From the NCBI GenBank assembly GCA_963669175.1, contig OY769902.1, positions 4,992,001-5,056,000 of the forward strand: a stretch of 64,000 bases of DNA, given 5' to 3'. The position numbers and the translations under genes were made by a program. A model generated the notes under the pieces. It was given only the letters and a program-made list of their open reading frames with translations. It was not told the origin of the DNA and did not search any database. Within the stretch, counting starts at the first letter, position 1. Each line of letters begins with the position of its first letter. Of the stretch, positions 49,831 to 61,600 are shown piece by piece. The stretch comes from a bacterium. GTDB taxonomy: Bacteria > Electryoneota > Electryoneia > Electryoneales > Electryoneaceae.

Positions 49831-51521
49831 TGTCGACAAAGAAAACGAAGAATTTCAGTCCTAATGCGGCCATTCGCAAGGCATGGAAAGCGGTTCCGAA
49901 AAACACGCTTGAACCCATTTTCCATCGTAGCTACATGACCGAAACCATTGCCGGACTCCTGCCTTCCCTGTTCGAGTTGGCCAAGCGTTGTGAGGCAGAA
50001 GCAGGATTCATTCATGTTCCCGGAAAAATCGCCGATATACCTGTTGCCTGGCCCAATGAAGCCCCTCCTCTTGCTACCGGTTTGTATATTTCCGCTCCCC
50101 AGCGTGATTTTCCCTGGATGATGCCACGCAAAGCCATATCCGAAACGACCATGCTCGGGCGCGAATTCTTCGCTTTATGGGCAAGCAGGAATGTCAGTCT
50201 GCTGGTTACTGCCAAGAGCACCGTGCTGAAGCAGCGGTTTGCCGCCCCGAAACGCAGGCTGTGGCAAGTGGATATCGTTCATTCACCGAAATGCCTGCTT
50301 CCGGCTGTTGAAGGCTTGATTTCATCCGGTTCACTTCATCCGGACATTGACAAACAACTGACATTAATCCACGATATTATCGCCGGACAGGATTATGAAG
50401 TGAGTGACGCCAAAACGCTGCTTGCTTCTTTGTATACGGGGCTTGCCCTTGCCGATACGGTTGATCCAATCACCCAGAACCGCCTGGATGAGACCTATTG
50501 GATCACTCTCCAGCACCAATTACAGGAAACTGTATTCGGTGAACTTCGAAGTGAACGACTCTTACCGTTGATCGGACAAGCGCTGCGCAGGGTTTTCCCT
50601 TACGATTTTGTTGAAATTCACGTCTTCTCAAAAGTCGGCGCTCGCTACGAGGAATTTGTTAGCTGGCGAAAGAACTACACCGGTTATGGCGATGACCGCA
50701 TCTCCATTCTGCTCAAAGAGACCCTTGTCGATAAATTACTGCGTGACAGGCGGCCCCAACTGGTAAAAGCGGAACGCGCCGATGGTGTGATGAACCCGCA
50801 TTTGCTGCAACTGGCCGGGCTGAATGAAGGGGTACTAATACCGCTGGTTCATTCACGAAAAGTGCATGGCTTGCTCATCATGTTTAACCGTAAGCCGATG
50901 GGCATCGGCCCTAATGATATGGAACGGATATCGAAAATAGGAAACCTGGTTGCACGTTCTCTCGAAGCCTCGAATGTTCATTCACGGGTTCAGCAGATGG
51001 CGACCATGGACCCATTGACCAACCTGCACAACCGTCGATTCTTTAACGAGCAGCTAAAACGTGAATTCAAACGTGCGCAACGCTATGGTCTGCGCCTGTC
51101 AGCGATCATGCTGGACATTGATCATTTTAAACATTACAACGACACTCACGGCCACCTCCTGGGCGATCGGGTATTAAAAGAGTTGGCCAAGATTCTTCGT
51201 GAGTCGGTACGTGCTGAAGATACGGTAGCACGTTTTGGCGGTGAAGAATTTGTCATCGTACTGCCTGAGAACAGCACGGAAGGTGCTCTGAAAGCCGCGG
51301 AGAAAATCCGAACCAATGTCGTTGAGGGAGACTTTTACAAGGGCGATGAGCAGCCTTTGGGACAGCTCACTGTAAGTCTGGGTGTGGCCGACATTTCCGA
51401 CAGTACTGTCAGAGTTCCCCGTGATCTCATCAATCATGCTGATCAAGCCCTGTACAAGGCAAAGGAATCAGGCCGTAACCGTGTCGTTGTCTACAGTTCT
51501 GATCTTGCTTCAGATTCCTAA
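49830..51521 (+). CDS. GAF-GGDEF diguanylate cyclase
   Basis: DPLTNLHNRR, DIDHFK.YND..GH..GD, RAED (I-site RxxD), GGEEF, ADQALY.AK..GRN motifs. Confidence 0.93.
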   Translation: MSTKKTKNFSPNAAIRKAWKAVPKNTLEPIFHRSYMTETIAGLLPSLFELAKRCEAEAGFIHVPGKIADIPVAWPNEAPPLATGLYISAPQRDFPWMMPRKAISETTMLGREFFALWASRNVSLLVTAKSTVLKQRFAAPKRRLWQVDIVHSPKCLLPAVEGLISSGSLHPDIDKQLTLIHDIIAGQDYEVSDAKTLLASLYTGLALADTVDPITQNRLDETYWITLQHQLQETVFGELRSERLLPLIGQALRRVFPYDFVEIHVFSKVGARYEEFVSWRKNYTGYGDDRISILLKETLVDKLLRDRRPQLVKAERADGVMNPHLLQLAGLNEGVLIPLVHSRKVHGLLIMFNRKPMGIGPNDMERISKIGNLVARSLEASNVHSRVQQMATMDPLTNLHNRRFFNEQLKREFKRAQRYGLRLSAIMLDIDHFKHYNDTHGHLLGDRVLKELAKILRESVRAEDTVARFGGEEFVIVLPENSTEGALKAAEKIRTNVVEGDFYKGDEQPLGQLTVSLGVADISDSTVRVPRDLINHADQALYKAKESGRNRVVVYSSDLASDS

Positions 51522-51580
51522 AATTTTTATATTTGTGTGTTTATCCTCTGTTTAGATGCAACCCGGAGGCAGTGAGAAGG

Positions 51581-53077
51581 ATGAGCACATTTAATGTTCT
51601 GTACCTCAGCAGCGAGTGTACACCTTTCGTCAAGATTGGTGGGCTTGCTGATGTAGCAAACGCCTACCCCCGCTTTCTCAAAGAGAAAGAACATGATATC
51701 AGGCTTTTTATCCCTAAATACAAGATTATCAAGGATCGAAAGTACAACCTGCGCGAGGTCATCCGCCTACGTGATATCGAAGTGCCCCATGCAGGTGAAA
51801 CAGTCCTCGTTAGTGTGAAGTCCGGTTTTATTCCCGATTCAAAAGTGCAGACTTACTTCCTCGAGTACAAGCCATACTTTGATCGTATTGATCCTTATGT
51901 CAACCCCAAGAACGGTGAAGGCTGGGAAGACAACCATCTTAGGTTTGCCCTTTTTGCCAAAACCGCTTTTGAAATGCTCAAGGTTCTGTACTGGCAGCCT
52001 GACCTGATTCATGTCAACGACTGGACCAGTGCGCTGGTGCCGTATTTCCTGAAAACTCTGTACAAGGATGATCCATTCTTCGCGAACATCAAGACGCTTC
52101 TCACCATCCACAACATCGGTTACCAGGGTGTGTTCAGTGGTGATATTGCGAAGGATATTCTTCCTGAAGGCGAAGTCTTTGATGAGAACCATCCTGCCTG
52201 GCAGGACGGTAACTTCAATTTCCTGAAAGCGGGAATTGAAACGGCTGACATGATAACGACAGTCTCACCGACTTATGCTGAAGAAATTGTGTCCAATCCG
52301 GAAATAGGCGCTGGATTGGGTGAGCTGTTGAAGAAAAAGAACAGCCGTTTTGTTGGAGTTCTCAACGGTATTGATGACAATGAATGGAATCCGGAGACAG
52401 ATTCCCATATTGAAGAGAACTATTCTATCGAGGAGCCGGACGGCAAGAAAGCCAATCGCGTCAAGCTGTGTGAGGAGTTTGAGCTGGACTGCGATGAAGA
52501 TACCATGATTCTGGGTATGGTGTCCCGTTTAGCAGGACAGAAAGGTTTTGACCTGATAATAAAAGCCATTGATGAGCTGGCGAAACTTCCGGTGCGTTTT
52601 ATCATCCTGGGCAAAGGTCAGAATGATATCCTGGCAGATCTGAAAGAAGCGCTGAAAAAATATCCGGATAATTTCAAAGCGAAATTCGTGTTTGATAACG
52701 CGCTTGCACATAAGATTGAGGCCGGTGCGGATGCTTTCCTGATGCCGTCATCGTATGAACCCTGCGGGCTGAACCAGATGTACAGCCAGCGTTATGGCAC
52801 CCCGCCAATTGTGACTAAAACAGGCGGACTTGTCGATACTGTCAAGGATTATGATGCTACAACGGGCGAGGGAACCGGCTTTGTTATGGCGGAGCGCTCT
52901 CCGGAGGCATTGGTAGCTGCGATAAAACGCGCCTGCGAAGTTTTCCAGGATAAAGACGCCTGGAACAATATGGCCATGAATGGCATGCAAACAGCGTTCG
53001 GGTGGGGTGACTCTCTGGACAAGATGGTCGAGGTTTACGAGACAACGACTGCAACCGGCGAGGAAGTTACCGCCTGA
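51581..53077 (+). CDS. glgA: glycogen synthase
   Basis: SEC.PFVKIGGLADV, HVNDW, TIHN..YQG, TVSPTYA.EI, MPSSYEPCGLNQ motifs. Confidence 0.95.
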   Translation: MSTFNVLYLSSECTPFVKIGGLADVANAYPRFLKEKEHDIRLFIPKYKIIKDRKYNLREVIRLRDIEVPHAGETVLVSVKSGFIPDSKVQTYFLEYKPYFDRIDPYVNPKNGEGWEDNHLRFALFAKTAFEMLKVLYWQPDLIHVNDWTSALVPYFLKTLYKDDPFFANIKTLLTIHNIGYQGVFSGDIAKDILPEGEVFDENHPAWQDGNFNFLKAGIETADMITTVSPTYAEEIVSNPEIGAGLGELLKKKNSRFVGVLNGIDDNEWNPETDSHIEENYSIEEPDGKKANRVKLCEEFELDCDEDTMILGMVSRLAGQKGFDLIIKAIDELAKLPVRFIILGKGQNDILADLKEALKKYPDNFKAKFVFDNALAHKIEAGADAFLMPSSYEPCGLNQMYSQRYGTPPIVTKTGGLVDTVKDYDATTGEGTGFVMAERSPEALVAAIKRACEVFQDKDAWNNMAMNGMQTAFGWGDSLDKMVEVYETTTATGEEVTA

Positions 53078-53198
53078 GCCATTCAGCCAAAGGATTACAA
53101 ATTCATCTTGTGCACATTTCAACGGGTTGCTCACTTTATGGGCGACCCGTTTTCTGTAAACACAAAGTTCATGGTTATCGATTGCAGGAACCTGGAAC

Positions 53199-54080
53199 AT
53201 GAAAAATATCACGTTTCTCACATGCCTGCTTGCTTTTTTCTTGGGAATCAGCTCAACGCAGGCGCAATCCCCTTCGTCCGGTCGTACTTCCCTCACCCTT
53301 AAGAACGATGGCCGTGTCATGGAGGATATCGGAAGAATCCAGGCGATAACCTTTGACCCCGATGGCAGCCTGTATGCTCTGGAGCCTGCCGGAAGGCGTC
53401 TGATAAAGATAAATGATGATGGCATACAACTCAGTCAGACCGCTTCATTTGGACGTCCCACAGACATTGTCATGGCCGGTTTTCAGATATGGGTAACTGA
53501 TCCCATGCGAGGACAGATATCACGTTTCGACCGCAGGCTGGCCAACCTCGCTGATTTGCGTGAACTGGTATCCCAGGAATCAAGAATTCGTCTGTCCGGG
53601 GTTGTATCGGCAGCAATAACATCCGGCGACGTCATCGTTATGCTCGATTCCTATGAACAACGGTTGTACATGGTGAATGTCAAAGGCTGGGTAATCGATA
53701 CGATTGAAGGATTTGGCGATCTTCGCACGCCTATGACAACACCGGTTCGGGTGGAAGTATCAAAATCAGGCAAGATCGCTGTTGCTGATGAAAGTAATGG
53801 CTACGTATACATCTTTGATCGTTTTGGCAGCTTCCTGTATTTGATCAATACCGCCCAGAAAAACAGTGGCTTCAACATAGTTGGCCTGGCATGGGAAGAG
53901 GATACCCTCTGGATTGGCAACAGCAATGGACTGGAAGTGTATTCCGAGTACGGCAGCATGATTACTTCCTGGAATCACAGCTATTTTGGCGGCCCGATAA
54001 TAGATCTTGCCATTGACATGGACAGGCTGGCTGTAGCATCCGATGGTTTTATCGCCTTTTACCGGATCGTCAGGGAGTAA
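53199..54080 (+). CDS. exported NHL-repeat/beta-propeller protein
   Basis: Signal peptide; F..P.DI, W.TD....I..FD, AVAD..N..V.IFD..G motifs. Confidence 0.75.
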   Translation: MKNITFLTCLLAFFLGISSTQAQSPSSGRTSLTLKNDGRVMEDIGRIQAITFDPDGSLYALEPAGRRLIKINDDGIQLSQTASFGRPTDIVMAGFQIWVTDPMRGQISRFDRRLANLADLRELVSQESRIRLSGVVSAAITSGDVIVMLDSYEQRLYMVNVKGWVIDTIEGFGDLRTPMTTPVRVEVSKSGKIAVADESNGYVYIFDRFGSFLYLINTAQKNSGFNIVGLAWEEDTLWIGNSNGLEVYSEYGSMITSWNHSYFGGPIIDLAIDMDRLAVASDGFIAFYRIVRE

Positions 54081-54087
54081 TTTCAGG

Positions 54088-57000
54088 ATGCCCCGGAATA
54101 AAAAGACATCCACATCCTTTTTTATTCCCACGATACTGGTATGCCTTGGACTCCCCCTGGCAGTCCCGGTATTCGCGGCTGATAATCCTCCCGGATCAGC
54201 TACGTTATTCCTGCATCCGGATAGTTTATCCGAGGCGACTCAGCTCCCGTACAAGTACATTGATCCGGCAACCTTTCTTGTGATCCAGGGAGAAACTGAC
54301 ACGCTTCAGGCAGATCAGGATTACACCCTTGATCCGACCCGGGGTGTTATCCGCTGGATTGCGAAACCACATTCTACCTGTACAGTCACGTTCCGCTACC
54401 TGCCGATAACCACACTTGATGAAGTGTTCCATCGCAGCATGGCTGAAGCACGTGAGGCTGACACCCTTGTTTCCGGTGAAAAAATCGCAACTCTGCCGCG
54501 TATTGCCACAGAAGATCCCGCCGGAGTCTTCGCGGACGCCAACTTGAAACGAAGCGGTCACATCTTCCGTGGTGTACAGGTCGGTTCAGGACGTGATCCC
54601 AGCCTGGAATCGGGCTTGCGTCTGCAACTGGGCGGACGTGTTACTCGCGACATTGAAGTCAAAGCGCTTCTGGATGATCGTAACCTTCCGATTCAACCGG
54701 AAGGCTCAAGTCGCAGGCTGGAAGAAATTGACCAGGTGTATGTGGATATCAAGTCACGCCGTACTCACGCACGCTTCGGCGATTACACCCTCGACTTTGA
54801 GGGTGGACGATACGGCACTTTCGACCGCAGGCTGGAAGGCGGTCAGGTTGAATACCTCGGTTCCGATGTCCAAGTCACGGCGGCTGGAGCAGCGACGAAA
54901 GCCCAATTCCACACCAACACCTTCCAGGGTAGTTTCGGTGTCCAGGGGCCATATTCCCTGACCGGGAAAAACGGCGAAACTCCCATCCTGGTTGTGGGTG
55001 GTAGTGAAAAAGTGTATGTGGATGGAGTTCTCAGAACACGCGGCGAGTTGGATGACTATGTGATTGACTACAGTCGTGGCGAGATCACCTTTATGCCACA
55101 ATTGCCCATCTCCTCGGAATCGCGTATTGAAGTACAGTTCGAATACTCTTCGGAGATGTATCCCCGGAATGTCTATGCCGGACGTGTTGCCGCTACAACC
55201 GATAATCGGAAATTCAGCGCTGTGGCAACCATGATCACCGAAGGCGACGACAAGTACAATCCGGTTTCGTTCGAGATGACACCATCAACCCGGCGCGCCA
55301 TTGCTAATGCAGCCGATGACGCCAGCGTGGCAGCTATCCCGGCAGCCGATTCCCTTGGACCGGGCGAAGGCGATTACGAACGACGCGACACGACGTGGAC
55401 CGATGATCAATCTTATGTATATTTTCAGTGGGTTGAACCGGATGAAGATGGTCAGCCGACCGGTTCATGGAGTGTTCTCTTCAGCGATGTCGGTTCCGGC
55501 AATGGCGACTATTCTCAGCAATACGACGCGATCCTCGGCGCGTTCTGGTACCAGTGGGAAGGCCCGGGTCTTGGCGACTATGCCCCGGTTCGACTGGTCC
55601 CCAAACCGGAACAGCATCAGTTGGGAGCATTGGCGCTGCGAGCGGAACCCTCGGATTTTGTATCCCTTCAATCTGATCTGGCCATTTCCGAATACAGCGC
55701 GAACACGTTCGCTGAATCCGATGAATCTTCTCAACGAACAGCTCACGAATCCTCTATCGCTCTGCATACTCGGCAAGTCAACGGTATCCGAAAACTCGAA
55801 TCCACGTTCACACTGCGTCAGGAACAAAGCGGTTTCCTTCCCTTCGGGCAGGATGAAGAAGTCGATTTCAACCGGAAATGGGGCATTGATTCCACCGATG
55901 AAACCAGTGCGAAACTGGATCAATCGGTATTCGCCCTCACTGTTCGTCCCTGGCAGAATACTCAACTTAAAGTTACATCGGAGCGATTAGAACAGGGAAA
56001 CTACAACAGCGAACGAATCACCGGGCAAGCGGCGTATACCTCCCCTGCTGTCAACTCAAACCTCCAGGTGGAAGACATCAAGACAGACCGTTCCGCAGAT
56101 ACCCTTCAATCTGTAAACGAATACCATTCAGATTGGCAGCGTGCAAATGGTCTGCTGTCCGTTCGTATCGGACATATACAACCTTCTTTTAACGGTGAAT
56201 GGGAAGAAAGATCTTTAGGAACAGAGAATGTGAATCCGTACGGAGGCCATCGTTACCTTCGTTGGCAACCTAAGCTGACTCTTCTCGATTGGAAAGGACA
56301 TTCGGGGCATGTCGCATTCCAACGTCGTGAACGTGACAGTGAAGTAGCAGCCGAAACCTATACAGACCTGTATGACGAGGACACTTATGAAGCGGCCTGG
56401 AGTTGGCTGCCATTGGGTGCGCCGTTCCGAACAGATGTGGAACTGGTGCATCGTGACAAACGATTTTACACCTCTGACAGCGCTAATGTGACCTCAGATC
56501 TCGCTCAAATTAACGCATTCTACTCCCCCCTAGGTGGCGCGTTAACGACTGATGTGCAGTACCGTCTGAACCAGACAGTTGCCCAGCCTGCCGCTATGGT
56601 TGCATACCAGGTGCCTGCCGGACAGGGTGAATACATTCGTGTCGGTGAAGGAGATGCTGTCCAGTATATTTACGACCCTGAGATCGGGAACTATGTGCTG
56701 CGTAGCGAACCCACCGGGGACGCTTTGCCCACAACCGATCTTTCCATGACTGCCCTGATTGACTGGTCACCGCATCGCCTGCCCGATGGCAAGGGTGAAA
56801 TGGAAGGCTTCGGCTGGGAGGATATCTCGCTGGCCAGCGAAATTGATGTGCAGGAAGTGACTCGCTGGCCGGAACCCTCCGACATTTTCCTGCTGCAACT
56901 CGGCAGTTTTCAATCGGATTCGACTGTCAGCGGACGTCTGGCCTGGAAGCAGGATGTCTACTTCTGGCGCATGTCACGCGAGTTCTCACTTCGTATGCGT

Positions 57001-57564
57001 TACGATGCCGAAAAAGAGCTGACCAACCTGTATGTGACCGGTGCGGAACGTAATGGCGATGACGCCCTTGAGCTGCGTGCCCGGAACGCATTGACGGAAA
57101 CCATCGACCTCGAAACGGAAGGCAAATACGCCCGCTTGTACAAGCAACTCGCTTACAGCGCAACAACCGAACGGTTCCGTCAGCGCAGACTATCCACTGA
57201 ATTCACCTGGCGTGCTGACCGAAGTTGGACCTTGCGTCTCAGGGGACGAGGCCTGCTGGATTCTCGACTCGCCGATGCGGACGATGTTCTCGGCATCGGG
57301 GTCAGGCCGGGAGTTATCTGGTCTATTCGAAATAAAGGGCGTGTATCAGCCGAATTCGAAGCGCTCTGGATTGAGACAGCACTTGAGTCAGTGCCCTACG
57401 AACTTGCAGATAGTCGTCCAAAGGGACGCAATGGTCGTGGCAGCCTCGTCGCCGAGATGCAGATGGGCGAACACCTGACCGGACGCGCTACTTACACGGT
57501 TCGCCTCGATGATGGACGTGAACCGATCCATGTCGCCCGCATGGAAGTCTCCGCCTTCTTCTAG
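54088..57564 (+). CDS. large outer-membrane beta-barrel protein
   Basis: Signal peptide; GSEKVYVDG...DYVIDY..GEITF module; alternating beta-strand pattern; terminal Phe (VSAFF). Confidence 0.75.
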   Translation: MPRNKKTSTSFFIPTILVCLGLPLAVPVFAADNPPGSATLFLHPDSLSEATQLPYKYIDPATFLVIQGETDTLQADQDYTLDPTRGVIRWIAKPHSTCTVTFRYLPITTLDEVFHRSMAEAREADTLVSGEKIATLPRIATEDPAGVFADANLKRSGHIFRGVQVGSGRDPSLESGLRLQLGGRVTRDIEVKALLDDRNLPIQPEGSSRRLEEIDQVYVDIKSRRTHARFGDYTLDFEGGRYGTFDRRLEGGQVEYLGSDVQVTAAGAATKAQFHTNTFQGSFGVQGPYSLTGKNGETPILVVGGSEKVYVDGVLRTRGELDDYVIDYSRGEITFMPQLPISSESRIEVQFEYSSEMYPRNVYAGRVAATTDNRKFSAVATMITEGDDKYNPVSFEMTPSTRRAIANAADDASVAAIPAADSLGPGEGDYERRDTTWTDDQSYVYFQWVEPDEDGQPTGSWSVLFSDVGSGNGDYSQQYDAILGAFWYQWEGPGLGDYAPVRLVPKPEQHQLGALALRAEPSDFVSLQSDLAISEYSANTFAESDESSQRTAHESSIALHTRQVNGIRKLESTFTLRQEQSGFLPFGQDEEVDFNRKWGIDSTDETSAKLDQSVFALTVRPWQNTQLKVTSERLEQGNYNSERITGQAAYTSPAVNSNLQVEDIKTDRSADTLQSVNEYHSDWQRANGLLSVRIGHIQPSFNGEWEERSLGTENVNPYGGHRYLRWQPKLTLLDWKGHSGHVAFQRRERDSEVAAETYTDLYDEDTYEAAWSWLPLGAPFRTDVELVHRDKRFYTSDSANVTSDLAQINAFYSPLGGALTTDVQYRLNQTVAQPAAMVAYQVPAGQGEYIRVGEGDAVQYIYDPEIGNYVLRSEPTGDALPTTDLSMTALIDWSPHRLPDGKGEMEGFGWEDISLASEIDVQEVTRWPEPSDIFLLQLGSFQSDSTVSGRLAWKQDVYFWRMSREFSLRMRYDAEKELTNLYVTGAERNGDDALELRARNALTETIDLETEGKYARLYKQLAYSATTERFRQRRLSTEFTWRADRSWTLRLRGRGLLDSRLADADDVLGIGVRPGVIWSIRNKGRVSAEFEALWIETALESVPYELADSRPKGRNGRGSLVAEMQMGEHLTGRATYTVRLDDGREPIHVARMEVSAFF

Positions 57565-57573
57565 CCCACCTCT

Positions 57574-57685
57574 CACAGGGATTCACAGGATGTACAAGAC
57601 AGGAAAGGATAAAACAGGATGAACTGCAATAAAAGGGATAAAACAAGTCTCACAGGATGATAGGATAGAAGGATTTCAAGGATGA
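57574..57685 (+). repeat. (C/A)AGGAT-rich low-complexity tract
   Basis: About 10 GGA motifs in ~110 nt; a similar tract lies on the minus strand at ~38853-38935. Confidence 0.7.
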
Positions 57686-57784
57686 AAAATACTAATGGTT
57701 ACTGATGATCTATTGGTAAATGACCGTTATTAATTTCTGTTGTACATGTCTCCCACCTTCAGCAGTAGCTTTTTTGTAAAACTT

Positions 57785-58570
57785 TTCTCGATTTTATTCC
57801 TTCATAATGAGATTGCCAGGAAAAGGGGACGGGATCCTTTTCCTCGCACTCATACGGAATGCTCTTGCAGCATTCATGGAAAAGGAAACTGTCCCCTTTT
57901 CCGTGTGATCCTGCCTGCCCGCAAGAAAAGGGTACAGCCACCTTTCCCGAACCTTTTTCACAGAGTCGGATGGCCCGATTCACAAGTGATGGAGCTTCCG
58001 TTATGATTGCAGTTTGAATACTGTGATGCTGTTTTGACTCATGACGCAACTTCGAGTGAGTCGGGACTATGCCAGGGAAAGGAGGCAGTCCCCTTCTTCC
58101 ATATCCTCTTTCTGTATCGCCAATAGATCACTCGTTGAATACTGTACTGATGCTCGAAAACAATGCCGCATTGTGTCATCCCCAGCAAACCGTAGCGAAG
58201 CGAAGCTTGCGGGGTGCGAAGCACAGCCGTGAACAAAGAGCCTGTCCCCGAATGGTGTAGTCGGGGACGGGGATCCACTCCGTAGGCCGCACTATCTATG
58301 GATTGTAAGAGAATGAACCTCAAGATACCGAGATCAAGCTTACTGCAAAGTATCCGACATTACTTTTACAACTCCCTATAATACCAAAATTCGCGGCTTT
58401 TGGCGATATGGAAAACCCCGAAGGGGTAAAACGTGAATAGCGCGTGACGCAAGACAGAGGAAAGAAGAATCCCGCCACTTATCCTCCCCGAAGGGGTGAA
58501 ACGTGAATAGCGCGGGCCGTCAGCCCCGGGGATACAATATCCCTCCCATTTTCCACCCCGACGGGGTGGC
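57785..58570. repeat. REP nest (dispersed-element copy 3, GTCATCCCC-type and CCCCGAAGGGG-type palindromes)
   Basis: ttctcgattttattccttcataatgagattgccaggaaaagggg (57785); ccccgaaggggt[a/g]aaacgtgaatagcgcg twice (~58416, ~58486). Confidence 0.75.
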
Positions 58571-58634
58571 ACAAGAAACCTTGCCGGTTCATGGACAAAT
58601 CTATTTCGTTTCTATTTTAGCTTATCCCGCAACT

Positions 58635-61600
58635 TTATTGCAGCAAAATGACTTTCTGAATCCCATCAAAGGCGCTTCGTCCATCTCGTGCGATGTGAAC
58701 GCATACAAAATACACCCCGCTGCTGACCGGCATGTCCGATAGTCCAAGGCTATTCCACGTCACCACCTGCCGCCCCGCGCCGAGTTGCCCCAGCGAACGT
58801 TTGGCGACCTGCTGCCCAAGGATGTTGAACACGGTCAGGGTGACTTCACCGGGCTGTTTCAGTTCCAACGGGATCATGATGGTTGAGTTGAACGGGTTGG
58901 GATAACCGGGTAGCATGGCATCTTCTGTGGGTAGAGCCGCCTCTTTCAGGTCGGGTGCAGGCCAGCTCGGGTCAAATGGCAACGCGCCACGATCCGACCG
59001 TGACCCATCCGGATCCGGAGGAAACTCCGGATCACCGGTGTCTATACAGGGCGACTCCGGTTGAAGTCGATAGTCCCCGTTTTCCGCATCGACAAACAGT
59101 GGATCACCACACTGATTCTCTGTACTATCCAGTGTCGCTCTATCCACATTATGAATTATATCACTATCAACAAATTGGTTGTAGCTGATCCTGACATTTC
59201 GTACCCCTTCCATAAAACTAGAGTAAAACACATATTGATCGACATCAATTATATTGTTTGTTATCTTATATGTCACATTATCCTCAATGCTGTTAAAGTC
59301 AATAACAAAATATCTGCCATTAATACAGGTATTATTTGTCAATATACTATTATTATGAGACCTTAGCGCTTCATTGTACGCATAAAACATATTTACATCC
59401 CTGCTAATATTATTGTTTATGTATATATATGAATATGGGACTAAATAATTATCAATAAATACTCCATACAATAAATTATTCAATGTATTATTGCTGTAAT
59501 ATACTCTATAATGATTGCTATTGTCATCCGATACAACAAGTATCGCTTTTTCACAATCTGTAAAATCACACGAATCTACAACTATATTTACTATGTGCCC
59601 ACGTATTGCAGATTTCGCTATATCATAAAATGAACAATTCCGGATTGTGCAGTTTTTTTCCAATACCGCACTTAGTGTTACTCCGTTATTTCCGCAGTGA
59701 TTGAACCGGCTGTCAAGCAGTGTGGCCTGGTCATTGGGGGCCAGTAAACAATAGCCCCAATAATAGGACACCCGGCAATGCGACAGGTTGATATCCCGAT
59801 AGTGTTCCAGCCACAAGGGCTGAAGAGCATGTTCGATCACTAGATAATCCAGGTTGAGAATGCCATCCCCCTCAGCGTAGACCCCCTGCCAGGCATCCAC
59901 GGCTGAAGAGGTCGCGCTACGGAAGTAAATGGAATCCTCCGCTGTTCCCGCCAAGGTTACCGTCCCATAGATATCAAACCCGACCAGCGCCCCAAGATCG
60001 TGGGTATCACGGAACAACAGCTCTACGCCGGGATCGATGGTCAACTGGTCCCGTTCATTGACATAGATGTTATTGCTGATATAGACAGGTGATTCCGCAA
60101 TGGATAGCCTGCCTGACACCGGCCCTTCCAGTTGGCTGCGGCAGACACGGACGTGTACAGTTGCCCGTTCTGCGCTATCTGCAGGGGTGTCGTACTGAAG
60201 CACGAACAGGAAATCTTCCGCGTCTTCCGGAACCATTCCTGTCAGCACCAGGGAGTCTTCCACAGCGTCCAGCTCATCTTCTTCGAGTTCCACATGCAAC
60301 CAGACCGGGTAGTTCAGGTAGGAGATGTCGATAGCATCGCCATCGTCTGTAGCGCGTGCCGCATAACGGAACATATGACCGGTCACGGCTATGCCTTTAC
60401 GAGGAGCATCATACACCGGGCTGTGATTGATCCGGTGATCAAAATAGAAAGCACCGATATCGGGTGGGCTGCCATCCGGATCATAGTTGAAATTGGCGTG
60501 CCCGGCATCAATCAATGGCGATACCGCCTGAAGCGTCAGGTCACCGTTGGCAAGATCAGTGACACGAGGATCGCCTGCGAAATTATCGAAACCCGGATCG
60601 GGGCCGCCAATCATCTCGCCGGTACGGAAAAACCAGTTATTGCGGAGAATAGCCGGGGTAGTCTCATTAAAATACATACCGTAATTCGTCGTATTGTCGC
60701 CGTACCCGATAACCAGGTTATTGTAGATCGAGAGCGAACCACCATCAGCAAAAGTAATGACGGTATTTTCCGGAGCAGGAACGTCAGGCTGGTACACAGT
60801 TGTATTGTTTACATAGTCGCCATCACAATCATTATAAATCTGGTTTCCTTTTATCAGGTTATAGGAAATTGATGAGGAAGAAAGATAATTGCAATATAAA
60901 CCGCCATCAACGATATTATTTTGAAATGTTGCCTGGCCACCTTGTATGTTCACTGATGTTGGATTATATCTGTTATTTTCCAAAGGATCTCCCAAATATT
61001 CAAACGTATTATTCATTATAGTAACTTCGGTATTGCCTTCAGATCGACTACTAAATGTGCAGATCCTGGAATTCTCTACTAGCGTTGATTGCGTGTTATA
61101 TACATATATATCCTTTATACAACTGTTTATAACTACAATATTACCTGAATCAAAAATGTTAATACGTCCGTTATCCATCACAAGACTATCTACAGATAGA
61201 GCAGCAGCATGAGAAACAAAAAAAGAAGAATTCACACAAGCACTTCCAATTGTCACATTTGTGATGTCGGCGACACTGCCATAATTCACAAGGGTTTCAA
61301 AAATGTTAGAATTTATGCTCAGGTCTTCTAAAAGCAGGTAGCCACCCGTTTGAGCAATAAAACAGGCCTGATCCCATGGCCATATGTGCGGAAATGAACA
61401 TTGGCGAATTTCGATTTCGGTACTGGTATCATCAGCAAAGAAATAGACTGTACCTTCCATCCGGCAGTAATGAAACAGGCTTGGATTGCTGGTTCCATAT
61501 TGCCTGAATGCAAAATAACTCATCTCCTCATCTGCGACATGGAAATAAATCGAATCACCCTCCTGTCCATTGGCGGTTATCTGGCCTTGAATGGCGATGA

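Noticed and set aside
57740-58572. Small ORFs in the repeat nest
   Set aside because: They are translations of palindromic repeats, with no RBS or motif support.
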